IMG/VR virus record: IMGVR_UViG_3300021387_000118
Span: 77,168-141,167 of that record
DNA: 64,000 nucleotides
Direction: 5' to 3' (one strand)
Source of the DNA: a virus
Shown: positions 1-12,987 of the stretch, one piece after another
How the letters are laid out: the number at the start of each line of letters is the position of its first letter
Position numbering within the stretch: position 1 is the stretch's first letter
The notes under the pieces: model-generated
Told to the model about the DNA's origin: nothing
The model's database searches: none
Seen by the model: the letters and a program-made list of their open reading frames with translations, nothing else
Position numbers and translations under genes: made by a program

Positions 1-3000
1 ATTCTAAGACCGGCTGCATCACTCGCAGCACCATTCTTATCCCCATATATTTCGCCCAATGCATATTTTGATTCGGTCACTTCAATCGCTAATTTTTTTA
101 CACTATCAGTTGCATTATTAATGTAACTCGAAACTTCTTCTATATTACCGAATTTTATCATAGATATAATTTGCAACGCTTTTGCAATTTCCTGTGCCTA
201 ATCAAATGAATAACCATATTTGACCGAATTTTCTCTTTGCGATGTAACATATTGATTAATTGCATCTATCTCATTTTGTTTAAGCCCATTTTTCCATTCT
301 CCAGCAGAAGATTTCTATAAAACTGTATTAAACGAATCTTGAATAGACTACTTAGCTTTATCAACAGCATCTGGTATATTAATCCCAAAAGCTTCACAAA
401 TATTTGAAATAATATTCATTAAATGGGACGAATCAATATTTTCAGAAAATAACGCTTTAATCTTGGTTGAAGCATCTTCTATTTTTTCATCGTAATCAAA
501 ACCATCTTCTTCAAATGCTGGAATAATTTGCTAATTAACTCCCTTCCCGAGATTTATTAAGTCAGATTGCATTTTTTGCAATTTTTCCAATAAACCAACA
601 GGACTACTTGTCCCGTAAGTCTTCTATAATGCATCAGCATAATTATTAGCCTTTTCACCACTTAACGAACTGAATTCTTCCATTCTCTATTTCAGCGTAA
701 TAATCTGTTGTAAACGATTAATCACATCTTCTGATAAAATCGGACTTTCACTAGAAGCATTATCTAAATTATTAGCAGAAGAAGAAAGCCGAGTCCATCC
801 TTTTTCTGCTTCATCAAAGGTATACCCAAGCTCCTTTGCTTTAACATTTAAACGTTCAATCGCTTCTTCAAATGGCATACCCTATGTTGTTATAGCAGCT
901 TCCAAGTCTTCAACAGTTGATTTTAACTCTTCTGGGGCAGTAGCAGCACGTAAATCAAAACTAGAACTCACTTCGGCCAAAGATTCTTTTGCTTTCTGAG
1001 CAGCATTTGGGATTTCTACTCCAAATATTTTCAAAACATCCTATAATACATTTGTAGAAATTTCTTTTCCGAAAACATCTTGCCCCCATTTGCTTAGATC
1101 ATAATCATCAGGAATATATGGAATTAAATCTTGCATATAATCTCTTTGATCTCTGTCAACCCCATTGTTTTTAGCATAATTAATTACCATATTTCTCAAT
1201 AATTCATACCGTTCTTTTAATGCTGCATTTGATTTTTCGAGCTACTGCTATTCTTCTTCGTATAATTTGTTGTTATCCAATACAGATTGTGAATCCGTAA
1301 TAACCTCTTGCGCATATGCCTTAAAATCCTTTGTTAATTTTTGCACAACGACATCAAGAGTTTCTAAATACTATGGATCAAGTCCACTATCAAGAGAAAA
1401 TTGTTTTTCTCCATCATTATATTGTGTAACAAGTTCATGATAATTTTGAGCATAAGCTTTAAAATTGTCAATTAATCTTTCTTGATCTGTGCTAGTATAT
1501 TGGATACCTTTATAGTACCCATTATTATTTTTAATTGCAGATGTTATTTTCTTATAAAGATTATAGATTTCCATCATCTTTGTACGAGTATTTTCAATAT
1601 TTTCTTCTGTTGCATGTACGCTATCATATTCTGACAAATCAATTCCTTCAACACTATCACGTACTTGATCTATGTATTGACCACCATACTATTGTGAATA
1701 TTTTGCTGGCTATATCTTTCCATATATTTCTTCCAATTCTTTAACAGCCGATATTAATTCTTCTGTTGATGTAATCGCTTGCTGTGTCCCATCTGATATT
1801 TCTTGACTCATCTACACAGCAGCCTAGCTTGCCTTTTCTTCTGATTCAGCAACTTCATTTACTTTCTCAGAAATAGCTGTGTTCTCCTAAACAGAACTAT
1901 CAACATCCTATTCAAGATGATATGGTTTACTGTTTATATGCTTTTTTATATAATCAAATTCAAGATTAGGATCATACTCAAAGTAATCCTACATATTAAG
2001 ACCTCTTTGTTTCATCACTTCGTTCATTCGATTAAAAGATTCAACAACAGAGTTCGCCATCTCACTATACTTCTTCTAAATAGTATCAGCAATTTCATTG
2101 TAAACACCAACCGCATCAGAAGAATAATTAATCCCATCATCAGTAAATAAATTTTCATTTACATATTTGATTTTGTCAAACAGATCCTATGCTTCTTGTT
2201 CAGTAAGATGATACATATCTTTTAATTCGTCTTTTGTTTTATCCGCATCAAATACGTTCAACATAGATTCATGATCTGTTGCACGAAAAGCGTTCTCTAT
2301 TTTATCTAAATTACTTTCAAAATCATTTATTGATTTGTACAATTCATTATATTGTAACGAAGCTTCTTTGATTTTTTTTGGATCTATACTTTGAAGCATT
2401 TCATCAAAGTTATCAGCGTTTGCTATAATTTCACTGCCATCTCGAAGAACAATTTTTAACGATTGATATTCCTCCTTAAATTCGCTAATTTTTTCTTCAA
2501 GTTCTTCGAGTTTTAATCCTAGTCTTTGAGCCTTATCTTCATACTTGCTAGATTCGTCCTCATCATCAGAATACTGTGCGGCTTCCTCAGCTTCATCAAA
2601 CTCAGCTTCAACTTGTTTATACTATTGTACCGCCTTAACCAATTCTTTTACTTTTTGTAATTTTTCTTTTGGATCTAAAAAAGTATCGTCAATCCAATTT
2701 GCGTTTTGTACTTCTGATAATTCTTTCCATTCACTAGTTAGTTCATCAAAAACAAAACCAAGTTCTTTAGCTCTAGATATTAAATTTTCTAATAAATCCT
2801 CTCTAGGAGAAGTATCAGTAATAATCTAATCAAATATATTACTAAAGGCATTATCATTATCCATTTCTTTTGGTATCTTATCAAACATTGAAATAAATTT
2901 TTTAGTAAATTCCTCTTTGGATATTCCTGAATCGTTAACCTCATCATTGATTTCTTTTACTGCCTATTTTAATTCTTTAGCCGCTTCAGTACCCTTTTCA

Positions 3001-5126
3001 AAAGGTGTTGTATATGAATTTTCGCCAAACTCGTCCCTTAAAAAATCATCAAAATAATCAGGTGCCATATCCTAAGATTTTATTTTTGCATCAGGATTAA
3101 TTTTGCGAATACCTTCTTTTAATATACTTTCAAAATCAAAATTATTTGTTTCTATAAGATAATCTACCAATTCTGCTCCAGCTCTTTCCGTAGATGCGAC
3201 AGATTCTTTTATTGTATTAATTAATCCACTCCACACGTCTCCTGGAGAACCGTCAGCATTAAGTTGTGTACCAATCGCGTTATTCATTTCTTGAATAACA
3301 GAAGATAAATCTTCTCCACCTTTTTTTGACATTATATTAAAACCAAGCATTCGAGAAGCATCTTTATAATCATCTCCAGATTCAGATTTATAATCCGGCA
3401 AGTATTTTATTTTCTTTCCCTTCAAAAATGACCTGATCTATAATGCAACATTGCCATCTTTAGGGTTTGCTTCATTGATAATATTAGCGTCTGTCGCAAT
3501 TAAATCTCTAAGGACTCCAATATTACTAAGTTCTCCGGTTTTTTCTGCATCTTTCATTATTCCTTCAATTTCTTCTCGTAATTGTTTGATAGTATTTTTT
3601 GTTAGATTAAACTGTTCTCCGATTTCTTTGGCTATATCAGTAGCAATATTAGAAAATTTATTACTAGAAAATGTATCCTGGATTTCCTTTATCACATCAG
3701 TTACTTCAACGCCTTCTTTTTCGAGTTGATCAAAGTATTGTTGATATCCTCCTAAAAACCCATCTAAATCTTTTTTATTATTTTTTTTACCTGTAAACCC
3801 GCCATTTTCTAGCAGCCAACTTCTCAATTCGTTGCGTTTATTATTTAGCTATTCTATTTTCTATAGTTTTTCTTTTCTATCTAATAAAGATTTTTCAAAT
3901 TCTGAATATAGAGCATCAATATCTGTTGTATCGTCTTTCAGCTTCTCTTTATATTCATCTAACCAGTCTCTCTAGCCATACTTTTCAAAATCTTCATGAG
4001 ACATAACTCTGTTAATAAAATCATCTGTTCTTTTTTGTATTTTTGCTTGTGCATCTGACTGGGCTTTTTCCATATTAGATATCATTTCATTATACGCAGA
4101 CTAAACCTACGAATCTAACATAGAGATCATGCTATCTATATTTCCCAACAACTAATTATTACTCTAAACTTTCTCGCCAAAAGTTTTGTCAAGTTGTGAT
4201 ACTCCAAGATCAGACATTTCATCTTTAAGTTCTTGCATTTTTTGTTTCGTTGCTTCAAGACCTTTTAATTGATTATCATAATATTCTTTATCCTAACCTA
4301 CGTCTACTCCTTCTCCAAGTTTTGTACCAACATCTCTTAGTAGTTGTGCAGCTTCCGATTTTACTTTTTCTAATCTATTATATATTTCTTCGTTTCTTTT
4401 TGCCAGTTGTTCTAATTCTTTGCCAGAAGCAATATCTGCTGCCACATCTGCCTCTTTTAATTCTTGTCGCTTTTTAGAACGAACTTTTTTTTCTGCAATC
4501 CCATATCTTTTTTCTACTTCTTCATTTGCTTCTGAATATGCACTCCAGTTTGGATTATTTATTTGTTTTTTTAAATATTTTCCCGTATCAACATTTTTTA
4601 CAATGTTTTCACTATCAATATAATCAAATATATCTTTAAATGCAGATTGAATTTCAAACTAAAATTTTTCGGCATATTTACTATACTAAATATAGTTTTT
4701 AACATAATCTTCCGCCTGTTTATCAGTAAGTAAACCGCCTCCAAGCGTTTTATCAGCGGCGGTCTATAATTTAGTATATAAACGTTCAATAATTTTATTC
4801 ATTCCATCTTCAAAATGAACATCATCTGGAGTAATTGTTATCTAACGTTTTTTTGAATTCATTGCTTTCTATATTGATTTATCAACTTCCTAAACATTTG
4901 ATTTGACTGGAATATCAATACCTTTCTTAGCTTCTTTCTGAAGATTTTCAATCTTTTTTTTTGATTTATCTATCTATGAATCGTCTATATTGACAGTTCC
5001 ATTTACTTCAATATCTCCACCTAATCTTGAATTAACATCATTCATAGCATTTTGAATAGCTTTCATTAGATCCTAATCTCCAGCATATCTATTACCGCCG
5101 CTTCCACTAAACTTTTTATCTGCCAT
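1..5126 (-). CDS. tail tape measure protein (5' complete, continues past window start); single frame with many in-frame TAG codons
   Basis: ORF fragments 687..878, 1371..1637, 2187..2399, 3072..3425, 3438..3827 and the ATG at 5126 all share one frame (coordinate = 0 mod 3). Junction 3425/3438 is a single TAG. Coiled-coil-rich with a 'GFNIMS...AIGTQL' region. SD AGGAGGTG lies 7 nt upstream of the ATG. Confidence 0.6.
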
Positions 5127-5226
5127 TTATTTCACCTCCTATTCATAAATTTTTTAGCGCCACAAGAAACGCATCTTCAAAAGGTTTTCTTAACATTTTT
5201 TTTTCTTCTATATATTCCTATGTTTT

Positions 5227-5742
5227 CTAATCTATATATCCATCTGGATCAGCAGCAACTAATTCTTCAAGGGGAGATGGACCTCTTGCAGCAGGGCTTT
5301 TCCAATATGTTAATTGCGGAAATGGCGTTCTCCACCATGGAGTCCCAGGCTCTGGATGTTCTGGACCATTAATGGCACCACCATGCCATCCTTTTTCAAA
5401 AGAATTAATGTATATATACTCAGCTCCAGCTTCATAACTGCCAGTCATAAATTCCGGGCCAACCTCGATTTTCCATTCATCATCATTTGCAGTAACTTTA
5501 AATGCTGAAAGCAGTCCCTCTTGTCTGCTATAAATAAAAGGACTATATGAATCATAAAATGCGGTTACCGCATTTTCTCCCATTAATTCCAAATCAAATT
5601 TTACCCTTCTATTATATTTGGCGTTTAATTTTTTGGGTATAATGTCAATAGCCGTTAAAAGATTTGATCCAGCATTAAAAAAATTCTATAACTTTACCGG
5701 GTCAACTCTTGGAATTTTTGCTTTAAATTTTTTTGTAACCAT
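5227..5742 (-). CDS. late hypothetical protein (172 codons, one in-frame TAG)
   Basis: ORF 5227..5592 extends in frame through a TAG to the ATG at 5742, with GAGGTGG as SD. Confidence 0.45.
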
Positions 5743-5825
5743 AAAAATAACCACCTCATTATAAAATCATAATAACTTACTATCAAACAAAATCATTTAT
5801 CCATAAATGCAAAAATGAGCATTAT

Positions 5826-5874
5826 AAAAATGGTAAAAAATGGGGTTGCTATACCTCGCGATACAGTAACCCCG
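5826..5874 (-). terminator. rho-independent terminator, conserved ACCCCATTTTTTACCATTTTT motif
   Basis: On the minus strand a GGGGTT..AACCCC hairpin is followed by a T-run. A second copy of the same motif lies at 12377..12438. Confidence 0.5.
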
Positions 5875-5879
5875 TAACA

Positions 5880-6440
5880 TTATTTAATTTCATTTAGAAT
5901 ATCTTGAATTTTCCCAAAATCCAAGTGTTCTAAAACAGGTGTGAGAACCACACCTATTAATTTTCCAAATCTCTCAACTTGACTAGATATGAATGCATGA
6001 TTTTCATATTCATTTGTCATAACATCATCACAAGCCAATTGAAGAATAGTATGAAATTCACTTAGTTCTCTTTGATCTATATTCTTAACAAGCAAATCAA
6101 AAATGCCGGAAGAGTTAAGTGTATTAAAATCATCTAGCATATTGCCCTTTGCCTTGGATCTTTCAATATCAGTAAATAAATCAATTAGAGTTATACAAGT
6201 CAGCATATATTTTGCCACAGAATCGACATGCAAAACACGCTGTTCTGTATCATTTACAATTTCTTTTTTATAATAACAACTATTAACTATTCTTAAAGCA
6301 GCATCTAATTTTTTCTCATATGGAATATATTCGTCAATAATATGTTCCATCAAAAACGCCGCTTTATCTTCAATACTTTTTTTATTTTTAAACACTGTCA
6401 TAAAAGCTGTTAATTTCATTATTGGTCTCCTTTTATTCAT
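5880..6440 (-). CDS. hypothetical protein
   Basis: 186-aa intact ORF. The terminator lies directly downstream. Confidence 0.5.
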   Translation of the reverse strand: MNKRRPIMKLTAFMTVFKNKKSIEDKAAFLMEHIIDEYIPYEKKLDAALRIVNSCYYKKEIVNDTEQRVLHVDSVAKYMLTCITLIDLFTDIERSKAKGNMLDDFNTLNSSGIFDLLVKNIDQRELSEFHTILQLACDDVMTNEYENHAFISSQVERFGKLIGVVLTPVLEHLDFGKIQDILNEIK

Positions 6441-6529
6441 AAAAAATAGGGTGACCGAGAATATACAGTCACCCTAATTATATAAACAAATTGAAGACGA
6501 TTATCTTGTTTTAATAAATTAAATTATAT

Positions 6530-6961
6530 TTAGTTTTCGATTTCAGTAATAAGTCGTTGAATAGCGTCTTTATCTTTCTGATCAGATGCTTCCATCATTA
6601 AATTATGAAGTTTATTTACCATATGAGCCTTGCTGTCATCATAACTATATCCACGACTTCTCCTTGAATAATTTCCATTACTCATAGAACGGTTACTTCT
6701 ATAGCTATTCCCACCATCTCCATAGTAAACAGGCATTCTTCTCTAAGAATAGCCACCATTACGACCATAACCGTTTGCATAGGAATATTCATCTTCTTGA
6801 ACATCAATACCTTCTTCGAACATCTCAACTGAACCGATATCCTTAAGAATATCAACAAGTTCGCCAAGAACTTTTACAGTATTCATATCAAGCTTTCCCT
6901 ATCGAGAAATTTCATCAATTTCACAATAGACCATATCCTTAATATTATCAAATTCCATCAT
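6530..6961 (-). CDS. late hypothetical protein (144 codons, in-frame TAG)
   Basis: ATG ATG at 6961 with AAGGAGGTG as SD. Same frame as ORF 6530..6736 through a TAG. Confidence 0.45.
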
Positions 6962-7126
6962 ATCAATTACACCTCCTTATCAACGACTCATAACAAGATC
7001 AGGGCGAGTAATTATAATATTCGCATTCTGAACTAAAATAGGCTGATCACTAGTATTGCGAACAGCGATTGTTTCACAACAACCTCTCCATATTTGAGCA
7101 TTAGTAGCCCTAGAAACATTAAAAAA

Positions 7127-7447
7127 CTATTCTACTGCCGCAGGAGTGGCAATCATAGTGGAAGAGGGAATGGTAGAGCCGTCAATTTGAATAGCAACCG
7201 ATATTTCTCCAGGTGTTCCACCTGTCGGAACTGCAATGTTTGCTCCAAAATCAACTAAATAATTAGCAGAGTTATTTCTGCAACAACAGCAACCACCAGT
7301 ATAAGGAACATAACCGCTTAATAAAAAATTCCCCGTGTCATCACGGTGTCTTACGAATCCTCGTCTACATGGCACCGGAGTTTCAGTAAAAATAATCGTT
7401 TCTCCAGGTGCTACAGTTTGGACGGCATTAGAAGAATATTCTGCCAT
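7127..7447 (-). CDS. Cys/Gly-rich structural protein (possible fiber tip)
   Basis: ATG at 7447 with GGAGGTG as SD. Contains a CCCC motif and a 'TGGTPGE' segment. Confidence 0.45.
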   Translation of the reverse strand: MAEYSSNAVQTVAPGETIIFTETPVPCRRGFVRHRDDTGNFLLSGYVPYTGGCCCCRNNSANYLVDFGANIAVPTGGTPGEISVAIQIDGSTIPSSTMIATPAAVE

Positions 7448-7465
7448 TAGTAACACCTCCAATCA

Positions 7466-8224
7466 ATTACCACATCCACATCCATATCCATAGTTCTAAG
7501 CACAACAGTTAGGGTTCTATACCACATAGGCCGGAATTGGTGACGGATTTAAGTATTGTTCTAAAGCTGCGGTTTGTGCCGCCTAACCAGCAAGAATAGC
7601 AGCTGTCTGAGCATCCTGGGAACCACGAAGATTTGCAAGATTCAGCTGAGTTTGAAGGTTGGCGTTCTAAGTCTTAAGTGCGTCTATTTCCTGCTAACAG
7701 AGTTTGTCTTGGATCGATTGAATTCCACCATTTATTGTATTAAGCAGTGCCTGAGTATTAGCGGTGTTTGCCGCCATAATATCACGAACACCATCATTTA
7801 CCGCCTGACGATCTGCACATGCTTCTTGGGCGATAGTAGCACCAAGATTTGCTGTTGCCAATCTGTTTTCGCAACAACAACTCTATTGAGCCATCGCAAT
7901 AGTATTCATCTGATTCGTGAGATTAGCAAGGGTATTAGCTCTGCTTATTTCAGCGTTGGCAAAACCATTAGAAACAGCATTTGTAATTCCATTAATCCCA
8001 GCAATAACCGCAGCCTGATCAAAGCCAGACTATACGTCAGCCTACGTGGCATAAGCTGGAGCATAACCATTACCGCCAAAACCATTATTATTACCCCATC
8101 CATTATTTGCGAAAATCAGCAGAATGAGTAACCACCAGGCACCATTTCCTCCAAAATCGTTATTATTGTTATTACCTAATACCGCAGCAAGATCTGCCGC
8201 ACTTAAATTCTCTCCAGACATCAT
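7466..8224 (-). CDS. Gly/Asn-rich tail fiber-like protein (approximate extent, TAG read-through assumed)
   Basis: ORF 8042..8242 (GNNNNNDFGGNG, GWGNNNGFGGNG) ends at a TAG. The antisense plus-strand ORF 7574..8131 is a compositional artifact. Confidence 0.3.
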
Positions 8225-8619
8225 AGCTAGATCTCCTTTCATAAAAAAACTATACTATAAAATTTCAAAAAAAGATCCTTTTAGTCCTACCAATAAAACA
8301 AGATAATTATTCTTCAATTTATTCACTTAGTTACATTATTTGCCAAATTTCTCATTGGCTTCCTGTTGTGCCATATTAATCTCGTTAGACCTACCATTAT
8401 TAATTAAATACTAACCAATCAATACTGGATTGTTTTTATATGGCTACAACTCATTATATTGCTATTGGTTAATTTTCTAATTTTGTAATAAAATGTCCAA
8501 AATTAATCCGGGGTTTTTATTAACCATAGCAAGCTAATTAAAAATATTTGGTTTGTTAGTCTAATAATTATAAGAATTACTAGACTATCTGTTCAACATA
8601 TTAAATAAAGGGATTGGCA

Positions 8620-8976
8620 TTATTTATTCCCCCTTCTGTTATTTGAATTAGTAGAAGATTGCGGTTTGCCGAAACTTGTAATTCGATTTTCGATTTCCTC
8701 AATCTGACCACTCAACTCATTTATATGAGAACTAAGATCATCAAATTGATCTTTAGTTACAAATTTATTTGACTTACCAAGCTTATCAGTAATAGAAGAG
8801 AACTGTTTGCTTAACTCATCCATCTGCTCCTTGGTAGCATATTCTATTTGCTGAGTTTGATTTTTATTATCCTCAGCATTTCTATCAACATAATCTAGAA
8901 TAGTAAGCGATGGCTTACCTGATGCATCTACTGATTTAATATAGATACACGGGTTTTCACTATCAAAAAATGCCAT
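8620..8976 (-). CDS. coiled-coil hypothetical protein
   Basis: 118-aa intact ORF. Confidence 0.45.
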   Translation of the reverse strand: MAFFDSENPCIYIKSVDASGKPSLTILDYVDRNAEDNKNQTQQIEYATKEQMDELSKQFSSITDKLGKSNKFVTKDQFDDLSSHINELSGQIEEIENRITSFGKPQSSTNSNNRRGNK

Positions 8977-9239
8977 ATTGCAACCGTTCTAAACCTAAGC
9001 TGCTTTAGCACCTTCTAGTCCCTATACCCAATTAATATTAGTATTATTTATTGGCTATGAAACCTATTGATACTGTGGTACAGCAGAAGTTTGCTACGGT
9101 TGTTGATATGGCTAATTCCAATTCCTACTTTGATAAACAGGAAGCCCTGTTTGTTGATAATAATTTTGCTGAGGCTAATACGATGGGTAAACAAAACCGT
9201 TATAATTATCCATTATCATCCATCTCCTTTACATAATAA

Positions 9240-9607
9240 TATGTTACTATCTCATCCCGACTGTCCCATGAATCATAAACGGATCCATCACACACAGCAC
9301 AAACATGAGTCCCAGTTGCTACAATATACTATCCATTCGGATAATCATTACAAAAATTATTTAGAGTATAACAGTCAGGACATGTATCAGGAAGATTTTT
9401 TCGTACAAACCCATTCTATTTTAAATAATATCCCCATACATAATTAGAAGATGGCATATCACACAAATGAAAACCAGTAAGTGCAACTTCCGTATATATA
9501 GTTTCCCAACTCTTATTTAATGTCTTACATAATGCTCGTATGACACAATCTCCGACAAATTTCCCCGCCGGATTTGGATTATAAAATACATATCCCATTT
9601 TAATCAC
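9240..9607 (-). CDS. late hypothetical protein (approximate, TAG read-through)
   Basis: ORF 9416..9607 continues in frame past a TAG into a Cys-rich segment. Confidence 0.3.
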
Positions 9608-9846
9608 CCTTTTCCTTTGGCAATTTCATATATTTAATCTGTAGTTTAATGATTAAAGAATTAAGCTGTCTAGCCCATCCAATTCCATAATCATCAATCA
9701 ATGCAGATGATAAGTAATCCTAAAAATTATCAAGAAATTCATCTTCTTCATCTGTTGTATCAATAGAAGATGATAACATTTTTTCTTGCAATTCATTATA
9801 TCTATCCATACATCTGCGAGTATTTTCAAAAAAATCTTTCATTCTT

Positions 9847-10287
9847 TTAATCCTCAATTGTTTTAATTATTATTTCAGTTCGCGGATTATCTTTATCATA
9901 ACCACCTCTAAGCAGAAGAGAAGTCATATTTGTATAATTATCATCGACAATAAAACCAGCGTCCGTAAAAGCATCCCATAAGAATTTCTCATTACAAAAA
10001 TTATCAAGATCAAATTTTCGTCTTGTTGGCATAAATACCGATACTTCTGCCGTAAATTTGTCAATCATAAGTCCGTCATATCCCATTTTTTTACATAACC
10101 ATATACCGAATTCTTTCCACGTCTGTTTTAAAGAATTCATATGTGGCCTTTTTAATATCATCCATGTATTTAAACTTGGATGTATCGGCTTTTCGATTGG
10201 TTTTTTCTTAGCCCTTGGATGCAACTTAAAATAACAATCAGCATATTCATCTATAAGCTATTGATCTAATATTAGTTTGTATTCCAT
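9847..10287 (-). CDS. rusA: RusA-like Holliday junction resolvase (one in-frame TAG)
   Basis: FIVDDNYTNM...DKDNPR motif typical of RusA. ATG at 10287 with GGAGG as SD. Confidence 0.5.
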
Positions 10288-10503
10288 GTATTAATCCTCC
10301 GAACAAATTGCTAATATAATCTTTGAAACACTTTTCATCAAAGGCTTCCCAAAATCGTCAATCAATGCAATAGCAAAATACGTTATCCAATTATTCATAT
10401 AATTTTCCTATTCAATATTCCAATCTGGATTTTCAATGTTATAATTAAATTTTTCAATATAATTATTGATATTTGTTAAATTTGTTGGCATATATCTTCT
10501 CCT

Positions 10504-11508
10504 TTAGGTTATTCCAAACATTTCATTTATTTTATCTTCGGTTTCATCTTTTAAGTATCCAGATGTCGTGGTCAAATCAGAGTGATGGGCAAATGCTTGA
10601 ATTTGATCTAACTCAAATATTTTATTATTACCATCCTCGTCCTTTAAACGGTCATCCCAACCCTTTTTTAATGCCTGAAGCCGTGAATGGCGACAGCTAT
10701 GAGGAAAGATATTAACTTCTTCTCCACGAACTTCTGATAGTATTTTACTAATACTTACAATGCGATCATATAAAGCAGAGCAGTCCACCTCTGATGCGGT
10801 TTCTCCGTGACCTTTTATCCATAAAGAATCAACGTTATCGTCTCCGCGCCACTCAAGATATTGCCTAATAAGCTCTTTAGTATCATTCAAATATATGAGG
10901 GGAAACTGTTTACCACGTTTGCCTCTGACAATATTTGTTTTATTGCCATCAAGTAGTCCCTGTTTCTTTACCTGATATACTTCATTTCTCCGTGCGCCTG
11001 AATCATACATCAACGACCAAAGAACTGCATCTTGGAGTCTGCCACGTTCTATAAGAATATCTCTTGTTTTAATAAATTCATCATATGTAAAGAAAAAATC
11101 ATCATCATTTGTCTTGACTTTTTCATTTGGGATACCCTTTACTTTTTTGCTATAATTAACTTCATAATCATAATCATCATCTTCTTCGCAAAATGTAAGC
11201 ATGGAATTGATAGAAGAGTGAAGCCGATTGCATCTTGCCGGAGACATTCCAGAGTCATCAAACCATATATTTAAACGGCGAAAATCTTTCTTTGTCATTT
11301 CCAAAACAGACTTGTTGTCAAAATCTTCCAGGATCTTAATGAATATAAGCTTAAGATCATGCCTATACGCATTAATAGTATTAGGACTCTTTTTTTGTTG
11401 GCGAAGTTCGGTAAGAAAATCTTCCATTATGGACTTATTTTCTTTATTAACCTGTTCCCATTTTTCATCTGTATATATTTTATTATAAACACCACGGCTA
11501 CGACCCAC
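10504..11508 (-). CDS. tyrosine recombinase / integrase family
   Basis: R..HSCRHS..Y catalytic pattern (ARRNEV, HSCRHSRLQ, SGYLKDE). GTG start with AAAGGAG as SD. No TAG codons. Confidence 0.7.
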   Translation of the reverse strand: MGRSRGVYNKIYTDEKWEQVNKENKSIMEDFLTELRQQKKSPNTINAYRHDLKLIFIKILEDFDNKSVLEMTKKDFRRLNIWFDDSGMSPARCNRLHSSINSMLTFCEEDDDYDYEVNYSKKVKGIPNEKVKTNDDDFFFTYDEFIKTRDILIERGRLQDAVLWSLMYDSGARRNEVYQVKKQGLLDGNKTNIVRGKRGKQFPLIYLNDTKELIRQYLEWRGDDNVDSLWIKGHGETASEVDCSALYDRIVSISKILSEVRGEEVNIFPHSCRHSRLQALKKGWDDRLKDEDGNNKIFELDQIQAFAHHSDLTTTSGYLKDETEDKINEMFGIT

Positions 11509-11579
11509 GCTATCACTCCTTTCTATATATTTAAAATACTAATATATTATTTAATAAACAAATATATGTCAATCAATAT

Positions 11580-12089
11580 TTACTTTTTTTCAACAACATC
11601 TTCTTCTGTTTTTATTTTGATATAATTTTTAATTTTAGCTATGGTATTATTCAGAGCATTAAGAAGCATAGAATTATTAACAGAGACAGTTCCATATGTT
11701 CCGTTTATTTCACAATTCTCAACAATAGTATTTACAATGCTTTCAATGATATCAACCAAATTAACATCATCAGGACAATGTTCATTCAAATGATGTCTTT
11801 CAAGTTGAAAATGATTTCGTCTCCATTCCGTAGAAGAGAAGTCAACTCCATTTTCAATGCTATTACATAAATCAACATAATAATCGCCTTTATATTGATC
11901 CCTAATCTTTGTATAATCATGATCTCGTCCGGCAGCAATTATTTCATCTGCAATTGCTTGCATTATATAACGAACATTATCTATATGTTCTTTATTAATG
12001 CTTTCAAATTCAGTTAATTTCGGGGCTGTTTGACGTGCTGGATTTAAAAAATGATTTGGATTGGGTTTTATTACCAATTTTTCATTCAC
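11580..12089 (-). CDS. hypothetical protein
   Basis: 169-aa ORF with a GTG start. Confidence 0.4.
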   Translation of the reverse strand: MNEKLVIKPNPNHFLNPARQTAPKLTEFESINKEHIDNVRYIMQAIADEIIAAGRDHDYTKIRDQYKGDYYVDLCNSIENGVDFSSTEWRRNHFQLERHHLNEHCPDDVNLVDIIESIVNTIVENCEINGTYGTVSVNNSMLLNALNNTIAKIKNYIKIKTEEDVVEKK

Positions 12090-12091
12090 TA

Positions 12092-12355
12092 TTAATCACC
12101 TCCAATGATATTATGATCACGCTCACACCACAAATTATATGCTTCTTTACTTTCTTCTTTAGAAAAACAGAAGAGGACCATCTTTTTCCCTGGTCTCTTC
12201 CTATCATCAGTAAGCATTATATCAAGTGGCATAATACCACACTCGTTCATATAAAAATCAACCTATGATAAGTTAACAATATGTAATACGTCTTTGCTAA
12301 AATAATTATATTTTCTTCCCGTTACTGGACTTCTTTTCCAAAATTCTGTTCCCAT
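12092..12355 (-). CDS. small hypothetical protein (one TAG)
   Basis: ATG at 12355 with AAGGAGAAAACGG as SD. 88 codons, in frame. Confidence 0.4.
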
Positions 12356-12376
12356 CCGTTTTCTCCTTTTCTTCCT

Positions 12377-12438
12377 AAAAATGGTAAAAAATGGGGTCCC
12401 TTGCTTCAAATACGTATATTGAATGCGAGGCTACCCCG
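12377..12438 (-). terminator. rho-independent terminator (second copy of the ACCCCATTTTTTACCATTTTT motif)
   Basis: Same motif as at 5826..5874, a hairpin followed by a T-run. Confidence 0.45.
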
Positions 12439-12439
12439 T

Positions 12440-12987
12440 ATAGTTTTTTTATAATCACATTCACAATCTTTTATAGCTCACTGGCTTAGTAATAAGACCA
12501 CCAACTTTGACATTGATAGCCCCAATAATTATTTCTTTCTAGAAGCTTTCGTTCTAGTAGAATTCTTTTCTTTTGAAACTTTAATTTCTTCTGATCCTTC
12601 CGTAGTAGCTAATTGCTCATCGGTAAGGATAGATTCCTCTTTAACATCAACATCTTTCACTTCTTCTGCCTTTTCATCAATATCGAAAATTTCTCTAATC
12701 TCTCTAGCGGCACCAGAAGTATATTTTAATACATCATCAATATTTGGTTTTAATTCACTCATTTTTCTTTGAGCTTCTTTCTTAGAGATTTCATTTCCAC
12801 GATATGCATGCCAAAGATCACTTAACTCCAAACATTTTCTATCATGATATAAAAAACGCCACATCTCATCTGGTTTACTTTCTTTACAGTGAGGACAGAA
12901 AGAATAATGAGTTCCGCACATTAAACAAATTCGTTCGTTTCTCATGTTGACCTCCTTATAGTTTAGTTTGTCTATTTTAAATAGCAA
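12440..12987 (-). CDS. zinc-ribbon protein encoded downstream of the intron-associated HNH gene
   Basis: CLMCGTHYSFCPHCKES motif. The annotated stop at 12529 is a TAG, and the frame continues to a TGA near 12440. Confidence 0.4.

Noticed and set aside
7574-8131. Long plus-strand ORFs in the 1-30 kb region (7574..8131, 14533..15168, 21161..22366, 23015..23776, 9067..9447)
   Set aside because: They lie antisense to well-supported minus-strand genes that read through TAG (TAG antisense is CTA = Leu). Their products are low-complexity Ile/Leu/Ser-rich with no SD. They are artifacts of AT-rich DNA under the standard code.
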